Below are positions 1 to 9,296 of a DNA stretch of 43,769 bases, piece after piece (position 1 is the stretch's first letter; every line of letters begins with the position of its first letter). Made by a program: the position numbers and the translations under genes. This DNA comes from Frankiales bacterium (GTDB lineage Bacteria; Actinomycetota; Actinomycetes; Mycobacteriales; SCTD01), in the NCBI GenBank assembly GCA_025464795.1, contig JAODNB010000316.1, forward strand, positions 1 to 43,769. The letters are read 5' to 3'. Under the pieces are notes generated by a model that saw nothing but the letters and a program-made list of their open reading frames with translations, did no database searches and was not told the origin of the DNA.

Positions 1-387
1 GACCGACTGGAGCTGTACCCCGGCGTTCTCGACGCCGTAAGGACACGAGCCGAGCTGACGCCGGCGACCTTCCGGCTGCTGGTGACCAACCCTGCGCGCG
101 CCGAGTTCCATCTGCTCCACCCGGAAAGGCACGCCGCGCTCGAGAACGCAAAGCCTGCGCTGGAAAGGTTGCTGGACCAGTTGACGATGGTGGCCGGCGG
201 CGGGGTGAATGGTGAGGTGTCCATCCGGCATGATTCGTTCCAAGCGGTCGAAGAAGACCTGCTGGTGCACCCGGCCGACGAACTCCTCGTGGCAGTCCAC
301 GAGCACGACCTGGCACGGCGATTGCACCATGATCTGCCGCGCCGCCTTGAACGCCTCCACCTACCCGTCATGCAGCTCTCGGGCTGA
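1..387 (+). CDS. hypothetical protein, 5'-partial at window edge (weak call)
   Basis: Frame 1 is open from nt 1 to the TGA at 385-387 and most third positions are G/C. The same-phase antisense frame is also open to the window edge. Neither translation carries a motif I recognise. Confidence 0.2.
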   Translation, partial: DRLELYPGVLDAVRTRAELTPATFRLLVTNPARAEFHLLHPERHAALENAKPALERLLDQLTMVAGGGVNGEVSIRHDSFQAVEEDLLVHPADELLVAVHEHDLARRLHHDLPRRLERLHLPVMQLSG

Positions 388-636
388 CGGACCGCGGACA
401 TCAGCGCAGCGCCGCACTGACTTATCGCGAGCCACGTGCCGCGACCACGCGGGTCCAACGACAGCCACTGATTTCGTCAGCACGAGGGAGACGATCAAAC
501 CCTTGGGCCCTTGAAATGCGTTGGCACCTGCGAGCGGATGTCACTCTAAAGTCAGCCGAACCTCAGGGGGCGCAAAGGGGCCGTCCCTCACATTGGGATG
601 CATGCGGGCACTTGCGACGGGTTCGGCCGACGGGCC

Positions 637-1356
637 ATGACGAGCTCGCGGCTGCGGATCGTCGGGCTCTACCCGGAGCTGCTAGGCACCTACGGCGATG
701 GTGGGAACCTGCTGGTGCTGGAGCAACGGCTTCGCTGGCGGGGTGTGGCCTGCGAGGTGACGCGAGTTCGGCTGCAGGACGCCGTTCCCGTGCAAGGCGA
801 TCTGTTCGTGCTCGGAGGAGGCGAGGACCAAGCGCAGGTCGCCGCCCTCGGTCAGTTGCGCAGCTCGCCCCTGGTGACAGCAGTCGAGCGCGGCGCGCAC
901 GTCTTCGGCGTGTGCGCCGGCCTTCAGATCCTTGGCAACAGCTTCGCCGGACCTGACGGTCACCGTCACGAGGGACTTGGACTGCTCGATGTGGAGACCG
1001 ACCGGATGCTTGCACGGGCAGTCGGTGAGGTGGTCGTCCGGCCTACGCCCGGACTGGGCCTACCCCTGATCACAGGCTTCGAGAACCATCGCGGCATGAC
1101 GGCGCTGGGCGCTGCTGCATCCCCACTGGGCGACGTCGTTGTGGGCACAGGCAACGGGGCCCCGGCGGCGCCGCCCGTTGAGGGTGTGGTGCAGGGCCGG
1201 GTCGTGGCGACCTATCTCCACGGGCCGGTCCTGGCGCGGAACCCCGCTCTCGCAGACCTGCTGCTGGAGCGAGTACTGGGTCAGGACCTGCAGCCGTGTC
1301 CCATTAAGGCGCAGGACGAGCTGTACGCGGAGCGACTCCAGCAGGCGACGTCCTGA
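637..1356 (+). CDS. gatD: lipid II isoglutaminyl synthase, glutamine amidotransferase subunit GatD (CobB/CobQ-like GATase)
   Basis: N-terminus LRIVGLYPELLGTYGDGGN, nucleophile motif GVCAGLQILG, C-terminal YLHGPVLARNP. Sits directly next to a MurT-type Mur ligase. The ATG at 637 is preferred over the 598 ORF start. Confidence 0.85.
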   Translation: MTSSRLRIVGLYPELLGTYGDGGNLLVLEQRLRWRGVACEVTRVRLQDAVPVQGDLFVLGGGEDQAQVAALGQLRSSPLVTAVERGAHVFGVCAGLQILGNSFAGPDGHRHEGLGLLDVETDRMLARAVGEVVVRPTPGLGLPLITGFENHRGMTALGAAASPLGDVVVGTGNGAPAAPPVEGVVQGRVVATYLHGPVLARNPALADLLLERVLGQDLQPCPIKAQDELYAERLQQATS

Positions 1357-1472
1357 GGCCCACCCCGCGCCGGCCTGCGGCCGCTCATCGCCTCGTCTTC
1401 GCCCTCGCTGGTCTTGCCGGACTCCTGTCGCGGCTGCTGTCGTCCGGCCGAGGGGGCACCATCCCCGGGCGA

Positions 1473-2612
1473 GTGGCCCTCGCCCTCGTGCCGGACGCGC
1501 TGCGCATCCTGGCCGCTCCGCACCGCGTGGTGCTGGTCTCAGGTACGAACGGCAAGACCACGACGACAGCCCTGCTGGCCCGAGCGCTGACTCGGACGGG
1601 AAGCGTGCTGTCGAACGCGGACGGCGCCAACCTCGCCAGCGGACTCGTCAGCACTCTGCTCAGGTCCCCGGCGGCGGGCTGGGTCGTCCTCGAGGTCGAC
1701 GAGGTTGCTCTCCCCAAAGCGATCAAGGACACCGAGCCTGAGCTCATCGTGCTGCTCAACCTCTCAAGGGACCAGCTGGACAGGACGACGGAGGTCGGCG
1801 ACCACGTCCTGCGTTGGGCGGCTGCGCTGCGGGCAGCGCCAGCGCCCGCGATCATTGCCAACGCTGACGATGCCCTCATCGTCACAGCGGTGCTTGGTGC
1901 TCGCCCTGAGGCCCACGCCGTGACGTGGGTGCAGGCGGGTAAGCCCTATCGGCTGGATTCAGCCCTCTGCCCGAGGTGCGGGAGCTCGTGGGATCCCCAC
2001 GAAGAGCAGTGGAGGTGCTTGGCGTGCGGTCTCCACAGGCCCGCCGCCGGGTACAGCTTGAGCGGCGACGGGCTCGTCAGGATCGACAGCGTCGAGCTCG
2101 CCCTGCCTCTGGAGCTCCCCGGCCGCGCCAACACCTCCAACGCGCTGATGGCCCTGGTAGCCGCCCGCACGCTCGGGGTAGACGTCGACACCGGTCTCGC
2201 ATCGATGCGTTCCGTCGAGCAGGTCGAAGGGCGGTACGCGGAGCTCGTCCTCGGGGCCCGCCACGTGCAGCTGCTTCTCGCCAAGAACCCTGCGGGATGG
2301 GCCGAGGCCTTGGACCAGCTCCAGCATGACGGCGGTCCAATCCTCATTGCCGTCAACGCCCGCAGCGCTGACGGCCTGGACCCCAGCTGGCTCTGGGACG
2401 TCGACTTCGAACAGCTCCGTGGGCGCCACGTCATCGTCTCTGGGGAGCGTGCGTGGGACCTAGCGGTCCGACTCGCCTACGCCGAGGTGCCTCACCACGT
2501 CGAGCACGACCTCATGCTCGCGCTCGAAGGCCTCCCCGACGGACCCGGCTCCGCCGTCGCCAACTACACCGCCTTCCAGTCACTCAGACGGCTCATTGGC
2601 CCCTCAGGGTGA
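1473..2612 (+). CDS. murT: lipid II isoglutaminyl synthase, Mur-ligase-like subunit MurT
   Basis: P-loop VSGTNGKTTT, Cys4 ribbon CPRCGSSW..CLACG and a MurT-type C-terminal domain (ANYTAFQSLR). The coordinates use the first canonical start (GTG 1473). MurT-like sequence continues upstream to about 1353 (see findings). Confidence 0.85.
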   Translation: MALALVPDALRILAAPHRVVLVSGTNGKTTTTALLARALTRTGSVLSNADGANLASGLVSTLLRSPAAGWVVLEVDEVALPKAIKDTEPELIVLLNLSRDQLDRTTEVGDHVLRWAAALRAAPAPAIIANADDALIVTAVLGARPEAHAVTWVQAGKPYRLDSALCPRCGSSWDPHEEQWRCLACGLHRPAAGYSLSGDGLVRIDSVELALPLELPGRANTSNALMALVAARTLGVDVDTGLASMRSVEQVEGRYAELVLGARHVQLLLAKNPAGWAEALDQLQHDGGPILIAVNARSADGLDPSWLWDVDFEQLRGRHVIVSGERAWDLAVRLAYAEVPHHVEHDLMLALEGLPDGPGSAVANYTAFQSLRRLIGPSG

Positions 2613-3596
2613 CGGGGATCGCAGCAGCAACGTGAAGAAGTCCCGCGGGCACGCCCGTACGAAGTCGCAGTGAGGCGTCGCCCGGGAAGGGACGGACGCC
2701 GGCTGCGTCTGGCCGATGACCAACGGGACGGGCCTTGCCGCCACTGACCCCGCCGCCACCACCGTGGCGACTCCAGGGAACAAGAACCCCCGAACCAGCG
2801 GGGCATTCACGTCCAGCTCCAGCGCACGAACCGCGCCGTGGGCCGCGAGCGCCTGGGCCAGAGCTGCGACCGTGATCCTGGTGCCGGCTCCCCAGAGCAG
2901 GGAACCCGTGCGGGTGATCGCGAGGGCGCTCCGGGAGATGAGCGGCTGCTCGCGGAAGGCGTGGCCCCACCAGAGGTCGAGCTCACGCTGTGAGCGAGGG
3001 CGCGTCTTGAGGAGCAACCCCCGGTCGATCATGAGCGTCAGGTTCTGGCGAACGGACACCACACGACGGTGCGCGTCGGGGACCTCGACGCCCCACGCCC
3101 CGATGTCGGTGAAGCCGTCGGCGTAGGTGACGACACTCGCTGCACCCCGGACAAGCGGGACGACAGTGCGGCCTTCCGAGAGCCAGCCCCCGTGGGCGTC
3201 ACGGATCTTGAACCCGCCGTTGAACGCTGCGATGAGCCGACTTCGCTCGCCAGCTCCGATCACCGGCCCATGCACCCATATCCCACCTCGCACAGGCTCC
3301 TGCGAGCCGCTGTGAAGAGTCAGCCGCGCCCGAGTCTGATCGATCGTCAGAAGCGTGATCGGCCCCTGACCAGCGCCGGCAGCGCGAACGCGCAAGACCG
3401 ACGCGACCCGACGGCCAGCAACCTGGCTGAACGTCTCCTGCGACGCTATAGGGACCGAAGGTGCCGGTGAGGCCGCCCGTGACACCCCTATCGGCGGGCG
3501 GCGGGTGGCCTGCGCCGGCAGACTCGCGGGGACCGACCCGGTGCACGCGGCCGTGCTGAGCAGCGACGCCAGCACCAGCCCGTTGACCCATCGCAC
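2604..3596 (-). CDS. phosphodiester glycosidase family (DUF2233/NAGPA-like) lipoprotein
   Basis: Lipobox LSTAAC near the N-terminus, AAFNGGFKI.. and ALELDVN.. blocks. Paralog of 5635-6747. The 3' end overlaps the murT 3' end by 9 nt (convergent). Confidence 0.7.
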   Translation of the reverse strand: MRWVNGLVLASLLSTAACTGSVPASLPAQATRRPPIGVSRAASPAPSVPIASQETFSQVAGRRVASVLRVRAAGAGQGPITLLTIDQTRARLTLHSGSQEPVRGGIWVHGPVIGAGERSRLIAAFNGGFKIRDAHGGWLSEGRTVVPLVRGAASVVTYADGFTDIGAWGVEVPDAHRRVVSVRQNLTLMIDRGLLLKTRPRSQRELDLWWGHAFREQPLISRSALAITRTGSLLWGAGTRITVAALAQALAAHGAVRALELDVNAPLVRGFLFPGVATVVAAGSVAARPVPLVIGQTQPASVPSRATPHCDFVRACPRDFFTLLLRSPSP

Positions 3597-3609
3597 ATAG
3601 CGACGCTAC

Positions 3610-4641
3610 GTGCAGTTCGCCAGGCACCGGCTGGACAAGCCAGCAGGCGCTCAGGCCAATGTCAGCACCTGCAGCTCCTTTGTGTGCGATCTCGCTTCTC
3701 GCAGCCTTGCCACGTGCGACGCTCGTCAGGTGTTCGCTCCCACAGCACGACGCGCGCTCGCAGTGCTGGTGTTGCTCACCGGCCTGGTGATCGCAGGCCC
3801 CCCGTCGCTGCAGGAGACAGCGCTGCCGCTCGCTGCCGCGGCCACCCAGGTGCATGAGTCGATGCTCACCGTCGTGGACAAGACCCGAGCCACCGTCAGC
3901 CACGGTCAGACGGTGTCCCCGATGCGCACACTCCCGACCCTGCTGATCGCCCCGACAGCTGGTGGCCCGCACCCGCTCGTGGTCTTCTGCCACGGGTATG
4001 ACATCGCCGTCACGCCGTACCTGCACCTTCTCCGGCACTGGGCTCTCGCTGGATTCATCGTTGCGGCCCCCTCGTTCCCGCTGACGGCCGCTTCCGCCGG
4101 TGCTCACCTCGACGAGGACGACATCGTCAACCAGCCCCGCGATGCCACGGTCGTGCTGACCGCCGTGGAGCGTGCGTTGGGGCTCAGCGTGGATCACAGG
4201 CGGGTCTTCGTCGCCGGCCACTCAGATGGTGGTGCAACGAGCTTCGGGGCAGGCTTCGCAACCTCGCTGCGAGACCCCCGCTGGACCGGTGTGCTGGTGT
4301 TCTCCGGTGATCGACGCCGGAGCATGGGCGGGTTCTCTGCTCCCCCGCGCACCCTTCCGCTGCTGCTGGTGCAATCGGATCACGATGAGTTCAACTCCCT
4401 CGCAGAGGCGTGGAAGGTGTGGACCGTCGCTCGCAGCCCGAGGGACTACCTCCACCTGCACGGGGCCCCGCATCTCGCACCGTTCGCTTCTCCCGGTGCC
4501 TACCGGGACATCGTCGAGGTTGCGACCACCGACTGGCTGCAGGCCTGGGCAGCGACCGGGATCAAGACCCGCCAGGAAGCGCAGCAACGCCTGCGCCGGG
4601 ACGGCACGCGACCAGGTTTCGCCAGCTTGACCGTCATGTGA
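3610..4641 (+). CDS. alpha/beta hydrolase (chlorophyllase / PAF-acetylhydrolase-like), secreted
   Basis: PLVVFCHGYDI..., nucleophile elbow GHSDGG. The hydrophobic signal RRALAVLVLLTGLVIAG suggests the true start may be the GTG at 3730. Confidence 0.7.
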   Translation: MQFARHRLDKPAGAQANVSTCSSFVCDLASRSLATCDARQVFAPTARRALAVLVLLTGLVIAGPPSLQETALPLAAAATQVHESMLTVVDKTRATVSHGQTVSPMRTLPTLLIAPTAGGPHPLVVFCHGYDIAVTPYLHLLRHWALAGFIVAAPSFPLTAASAGAHLDEDDIVNQPRDATVVLTAVERALGLSVDHRRVFVAGHSDGGATSFGAGFATSLRDPRWTGVLVFSGDRRRSMGGFSAPPRTLPLLLVQSDHDEFNSLAEAWKVWTVARSPRDYLHLHGAPHLAPFASPGAYRDIVEVATTDWLQAWAATGIKTRQEAQQRLRRDGTRPGFASLTVM

Positions 4642-5586
4642 TCACCGCACCCGCGTTGACCTTACGGCTGCTCCTTCCATGGACAGCGCTCGGTAGACCA
4701 CCCGCGAGACGGCCGCGACCGCCGCGATGCCCTCGGCTTCCGTCCCGTTGTCCGTGGTCAGAACGGCGATGTCGTAGTCGACGTCAGGAGTGAGGACCTG
4801 GCCCACGCTGTTGACACGCCATCCGTGCGTCGGCAACGGCAACCACCCATCCTTCAACCGGATGTGCGCTCCTGGCGGCGTCCCAGCTGACACCCCCCAA
4901 CGCTGATCTTCCTCGACGTCTGCCAACTGATTTTGGAGGTAGACCCTGCTTCGAGCCGCCAGGTGGCTCGTTCGGCTCCTGATCTCTCTGAGCAGGGCGA
5001 GCTGGTCTGACACCGTGGTGCGCGTGAGGCCCCACGCGCCGCCGGGATCGAGCGTCGTGCCCCTGAGTCCCAACAAGCGGTTGTAGTCGCCTAATGCCTG
5101 GCCGAAGTCAAGAGCCCGCCAGAGCGCCGAGGTCGCGTCGTTGTCGCTGTGCTGGATCATCGATGTGATCAGCCGCTGCTCCACTGGCGTCAGCCACCGA
5201 CCTTGCCGCTGCGCCTCCCACAGGACGGCCTCGGCAAGGTTCAGCTTGACGACGCTGGCTTCATCGTAGGACGCGCGGGGCCGGAACCAGTACGCGCGCC
5301 CGGTGCGCTCGTCCATGACTCCAACAGAGGCGGTGTCCGGAAGGGCTTGTCCGACGCCTCTGAGCGCAGTAGTCAGATCAACGGGAGAGGTGCCGCCACG
5401 ACCTGGGACCGGCTCGTCGCTTCGAAGCCGGCCGGCCGCGGGTTGTCCGTGGCGGCGCTGCGTCGCAGAACGGAGCACCGAAAAGCGAGGGGCCGTTCCG
5501 CTCAGGACGACGAAGACCGCGGCGACCACGGTGATGACCAGAGTGGCCCCGATCAGCAGCACCGGAGTTGTCTGATGCCTGCGCAC
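4642..5586 (-). CDS. serine hydrolase, class A beta-lactamase-related, membrane-anchored
   Basis: N-terminal TM helix, SVVK (SxxK), SDN and KDG motifs in class A order. Paralog of 8437-9219. Confidence 0.75.
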   Translation of the reverse strand: MRRHQTTPVLLIGATLVITVVAAVFVVLSGTAPRFSVLRSATQRRHGQPAAGRLRSDEPVPGRGGTSPVDLTTALRGVGQALPDTASVGVMDERTGRAYWFRPRASYDEASVVKLNLAEAVLWEAQRQGRWLTPVEQRLITSMIQHSDNDATSALWRALDFGQALGDYNRLLGLRGTTLDPGGAWGLTRTTVSDQLALLREIRSRTSHLAARSRVYLQNQLADVEEDQRWGVSAGTPPGAHIRLKDGWLPLPTHGWRVNSVGQVLTPDVDYDIAVLTTDNGTEAEGIAAVAAVSRVVYRALSMEGAAVRSTRVR

Positions 5587-5634
5587 ACGACCACCCTACG
5601 AGCCGCCACCGCGGCGGCTGGTTCGCGGCAACGA

Positions 5635-6747
5635 TCACGGTCCGCGGCGGCTCACCGTGACGAAGTCGCGGGTCGAGGTGCTGTCGTACCTGCGCGGCGA
5701 TCGCTGCATGTCGGGCAGCAGGTTCTTCTCGGGCCCGTACGTCACGAAGCTGGTCCACTCCGGGTTGATGTCCAGTTCCATGGCCCGGACACTTCCTGCC
5801 CGGCGGAGCAGCTCAGCCAGAGTGGTGGCCGACAGCCGATTGCCTGCGACGTAGACCAGCGCACCCGCTGCCGTCTGTCCGATACCGGACCGCCACACGT
5901 AGAGCTTGTTGCCAAGGGTGTGTCCCCACCTACCGCCGGAGTTGCTGTCGAGACCGCTCTGAACCACACCTCCGTCGACGAGCAGGTCCAGGTTCTGCCT
6001 TACCGCGGTAACGGTGCTGCCCGGACGGATGTCGCGCCCCCACTGGCCAACCATGGCCGAGCCATCGCTCTTGATGACCAGTGAGGCCGCGCCGGTGCGC
6101 AAGGACCCACGGGTGCGGCCGTTCTCGAAGAAGCCCCCTCTGGCGGTATCGAGCCGGAAGCCGCCGTTGAACGCCGCGACAAGGTCGGGGCGCTCGCTAG
6201 GAACGATGGAGGTGGGCTGCACCCATCCGCTGCCTCCTGGCTCTTGGGTCCCCGGGTGCAGGGCGAAGCTCAGCAAGGACGGATCCATCCATGCCACTCC
6301 CGCGGTGTAGGAGGTGTGCTCGGCATCAGGACGCAGGAAGGTCTCCTGCAGGGCCGGGCGCCCGTGCACGGTGTCCATCGTGACCCACACGCCCTCGTTC
6401 GGCAGTGGCGGACTGGCGAGCGCTGGGATTCTCGACAGTGACCGGCTCATGCCGCGGAGCGCGGCTTTGGCAGCCAGCGGCGAGCCCTTACTCGGCGCGC
6501 CACCCACCGCCGGCGCCTTGTAGGTGACCCGCTCCAAGTGATCGATCAGGGAGGACAGGCCATGACTGCGACCCCACTCCGCGAGGCGGGCCGACACGCT
6601 GTCGGTTCCGGGCGCCGCGAGCGCGCCTCCCAGCGAGACGCCCAGCAGAAGCACTAGGACCACGACCAGAGCCAGAAGCACCTGGCGTACCCGTCGGCCG
6701 GCCCCAGCCGGCGCCGCCTTCGGGCTCTGCGCTTGTTTCGCACTCAC
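5635..6747 (-). CDS. phosphodiester glycosidase family (DUF2233/NAGPA-like) protein, membrane-anchored
   Basis: N-terminal TM helix LLALVVVLVLLLGVSL, AAFNGGFRLD.., AMELDINPEW blocks. Paralog of 2604-3596. Confidence 0.75.
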   Translation of the reverse strand: MSAKQAQSPKAAPAGAGRRVRQVLLALVVVLVLLLGVSLGGALAAPGTDSVSARLAEWGRSHGLSSLIDHLERVTYKAPAVGGAPSKGSPLAAKAALRGMSRSLSRIPALASPPLPNEGVWVTMDTVHGRPALQETFLRPDAEHTSYTAGVAWMDPSLLSFALHPGTQEPGGSGWVQPTSIVPSERPDLVAAFNGGFRLDTARGGFFENGRTRGSLRTGAASLVIKSDGSAMVGQWGRDIRPGSTVTAVRQNLDLLVDGGVVQSGLDSNSGGRWGHTLGNKLYVWRSGIGQTAAGALVYVAGNRLSATTLAELLRRAGSVRAMELDINPEWTSFVTYGPEKNLLPDMQRSPRRYDSTSTRDFVTVSRRGP

Positions 6748-6985
6748 CGAGAGGGCTCCATCAGGTCAGGGGGCGGCCGCACACCCACTCTGACCCTCAC
6801 CGACTGAGCAGATCCTGTGGACGCCCGTCGAGTGGTCGGCAATGCAGCTGCTTTCACGTCTTTGTGGTCCAGGAACCGAAGGACCTGCTTATCCAGGGCA
6901 GGCGGGCGCGGGACCGTTTCCAGTGTGGGTCAGCTTCTTGCGTCCCCTCAGCGCCAGCACAGGCCCCAGCACGTGAGGTGTAACA

Positions 6986-7426
6986 GTGACGTCCTCACCC
7001 CCTGTTGGCTGGCCGGCACCGTCGCGCAGTCGAGCCGCATCCTTGACCTCGCTGTCGGTAAGCCCACCTGCACCCATCGCGCCAAGGACACGCGCCTGCC
7101 TCGCCGCGGCCGGCGTCGTCGTACTCGCGCTCGTGACGGCGGTTCTGGTTCGCGGTCCCTTTCCTGAGCGCACGCTGGTCATCCTGAACGACACGGCCCG
7201 ACCAGCGGTCCTGCACACGTGCCAAGGGCCTGAAGCGCCATGCCCACATCAGCTGCTCACCCGACTGGCTGCGCACGCGTCCGCTGGGTTGACGCTGCAC
7301 ACCGACGCGGTTGCTCTCGTGTCTGACAGCGACCCACCGAGCTGCCTGACCCTGCCGTTGCCTACGGCTGGCAGGTCCGTCGAGCTGTCCGAGATGCGTT
7401 CATGCGCCCCGCAGTCGAGCCCGTGA
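6986..7426 (+). CDS. hypothetical small membrane-anchored protein (weak)
   Basis: This is the only ORF in the 6748-7401 gap with a TM-like segment (CLAAAGVVVLALVTAVLV) and moderately GC-rich third positions. No recognisable domain and the start is unclear. Confidence 0.25.
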   Translation: MTSSPPVGWPAPSRSRAASLTSLSVSPPAPIAPRTRACLAAAGVVVLALVTAVLVRGPFPERTLVILNDTARPAVLHTCQGPEAPCPHQLLTRLAAHASAGLTLHTDAVALVSDSDPPSCLTLPLPTAGRSVELSEMRSCAPQSSP

Positions 7427-8397
7427 TCACTGACTCTCGCGCGTTTCTCGCGGTTGCCGCGGTATCCGCGCTCCTCGCAGCGTGCACAGCTTCGTCAGGG
7501 TCCGGGGGCGGCCGGGCTCGTACGGGCGCACCGACAGCCCGGCCGGCACCGTCGCCATCGGACAAGGCCCAGCGACCCATCACCAAGGTGCTGACCTTCG
7601 TCTTCGAGAACCACGGCACCGCCGCCGCGCTCCAAGGCATGCCTCATGTGGCGGAGCTGGGCCGGTTGTACGGCAGCACCTCGGACTACCGGGCGCTGAC
7701 CCATCCATCGTTGCCGAACTACTTAGCCATGGCGGGTGGCTCCACCTTTGGCGTGCAGGATGACAAGGATCCGGCTGCCCATCCGATCGAAAGTGCGTCT
7801 GTGTTCGACGTCGCACTTCGACGAGGGCAGACCGCCGCGACGTACGCCGAAGGGATGAAGACCAACTGCGATCAGGCTTCCTACGAGGGCTACGCAGCGC
7901 GGCACAACCCTTGGACCTACTTCGCCTCGCCCATGAGCAAGGCCGCCTGCGCCAGGTTCGACATCCCGGCTGGCGACCTTGCGTCCGGCGCGCTGCACGA
8001 CGCCATCGCGCAGGGAGCGCTCCCGCAGGTCGGCCTGGTCGTCCCGGACCTGTGCCATGACGGCCATGACTGCTCGCTGGCTCAGGCGGACGCCTGGCTC
8101 AACCCGTGGATCGGCGAGGTCATGGCCGGGCCGGACTACTCCTCGGGCAACCTCGCCCTCGTCTTCACCTTTGATGAGGACGAAGGAGAAGGCGGAGGCT
8201 CCAGCAAGATCCTCACAATCGTCGTCGCCTCAAGACTCGCGCAACAGACCGTGACCACCCGCTTGGATCACCGCTCCTGGACGCACTGGATGACCGACCT
8301 CGTCGGTGCCCCACCCCTCCCTGGTACGTCCGGCTCGACATCGCTGGGGGCGGCCTTCCACCTGTGTGCGACCCCGCCGGGCAAATCGGCTTGTTGA
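7402..8397 (+). CDS. phosphoesterase-family (acid phosphatase / phospholipase C-like, alkaline-phosphatase superfamily) lipoprotein
   Basis: Lipobox LLAACT, FENH.., HPSLPNYLAMAGGSTFG, ARHNPW, DLCHDGHD, FDEDEG blocks. Paralog of 43073-43769. Confidence 0.75.
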   Translation: MRPAVEPVITDSRAFLAVAAVSALLAACTASSGSGGGRARTGAPTARPAPSPSDKAQRPITKVLTFVFENHGTAAALQGMPHVAELGRLYGSTSDYRALTHPSLPNYLAMAGGSTFGVQDDKDPAAHPIESASVFDVALRRGQTAATYAEGMKTNCDQASYEGYAARHNPWTYFASPMSKAACARFDIPAGDLASGALHDAIAQGALPQVGLVVPDLCHDGHDCSLAQADAWLNPWIGEVMAGPDYSSGNLALVFTFDEDEGEGGGSSKILTIVVASRLAQQTVTTRLDHRSWTHWMTDLVGAPPLPGTSGSTSLGAAFHLCATPPGKSAC

Positions 8398-8436
8398 ATT
8401 CAAGCGGGTACGACCCCACGGGCTGTGCGGTGGTGC

Positions 8437-9219
8437 TCAGAGGTCGCGGTAGACGATCCGAGAGACTGCGGCTGCCGTGTCGACCCCGTAGGCGAACGAC
8501 GCATGGTCAGTGGACAGGAAGGCGATGTCGGCATCGTGGGTCTTGTTTCTCACGTGACCGATGCTGTTGATGCGCCACCCATGGGTGGCGCGCGGGAGCC
8601 AACCGTTCTTGAGCTCGACGTTCGACCCTGCCGGGACGCCGGCCGAGACCCCCCAGCGCTGATCTGGTTCCACGTTCGCCATCTGGACACGAACGTAGGA
8701 GCGGGAGCTGGTGCTGAGCGGCCCCGGACCCGATCCGGCGGCCCGCAGGAGCCCCAGCTGGTCCTGCACCGTCGACCGCGTGAGTCCCCAGTGACCGCTC
8801 GGGTCGAACGTCGTGTGCCGCAGACCCAAGATGCGGTCGTACGCAGCAACAGCGCTCGCGCCGCCTATCTGGTTCCACAGTGCCGTGGTGGCGTCGTTGT
8901 CGCTGTTGCGCACCATGCGACGACTGAGCTCCTGCTCATGCCGGGTCAGGGGTCGGTGGGCTCGTTGCGCCCGCCACAACAGGGTCTCCAGGACGTTGAC
9001 CTTGACGATGCTCGCGTTGTCGTAGGCGGGGGTGGACCGGAACCAGTAGTACCGCCCATGCAGCTCGTCGAAGACGCCGACCGAGAAAGTATCCGTGCGT
9101 GTTGCGGCCAGCCGGCTCAGGTCCGCGACAAGTGAACCCCCACCGACGGCACCAGCGACCTGCAGCTGACTGCCGATGAGCAGTCCAGCGCAGATCCAGG
9201 TCACCGCCAACCTGCGCAT
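8437..9219 (-). CDS. serine hydrolase, class A beta-lactamase-related, secreted
   Basis: Signal peptide, SIVK (SxxK), SDN and KNG motifs. Paralog of 4642-5586. Confidence 0.75.
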   Translation of the reverse strand: MRRLAVTWICAGLLIGSQLQVAGAVGGGSLVADLSRLAATRTDTFSVGVFDELHGRYYWFRSTPAYDNASIVKVNVLETLLWRAQRAHRPLTRHEQELSRRMVRNSDNDATTALWNQIGGASAVAAYDRILGLRHTTFDPSGHWGLTRSTVQDQLGLLRAAGSGPGPLSTSSRSYVRVQMANVEPDQRWGVSAGVPAGSNVELKNGWLPRATHGWRINSIGHVRNKTHDADIAFLSTDHASFAYGVDTAAAVSRIVYRDL

Positions 9220-9296
9220 GCTCAGTTCACTCCCGCGTCCGACCCCGACCCTCTCACGGCCGAGCCACAGCGCGGCGCCGTTCGGTCCGACTGGCG

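Noticed and set aside
3199-4221. 340-aa minus-strand ORF spanning the divergent region between two genes
   Set aside because: It overlaps two well-supported genes on different strands and has no domain signature. It is a shadow ORF.
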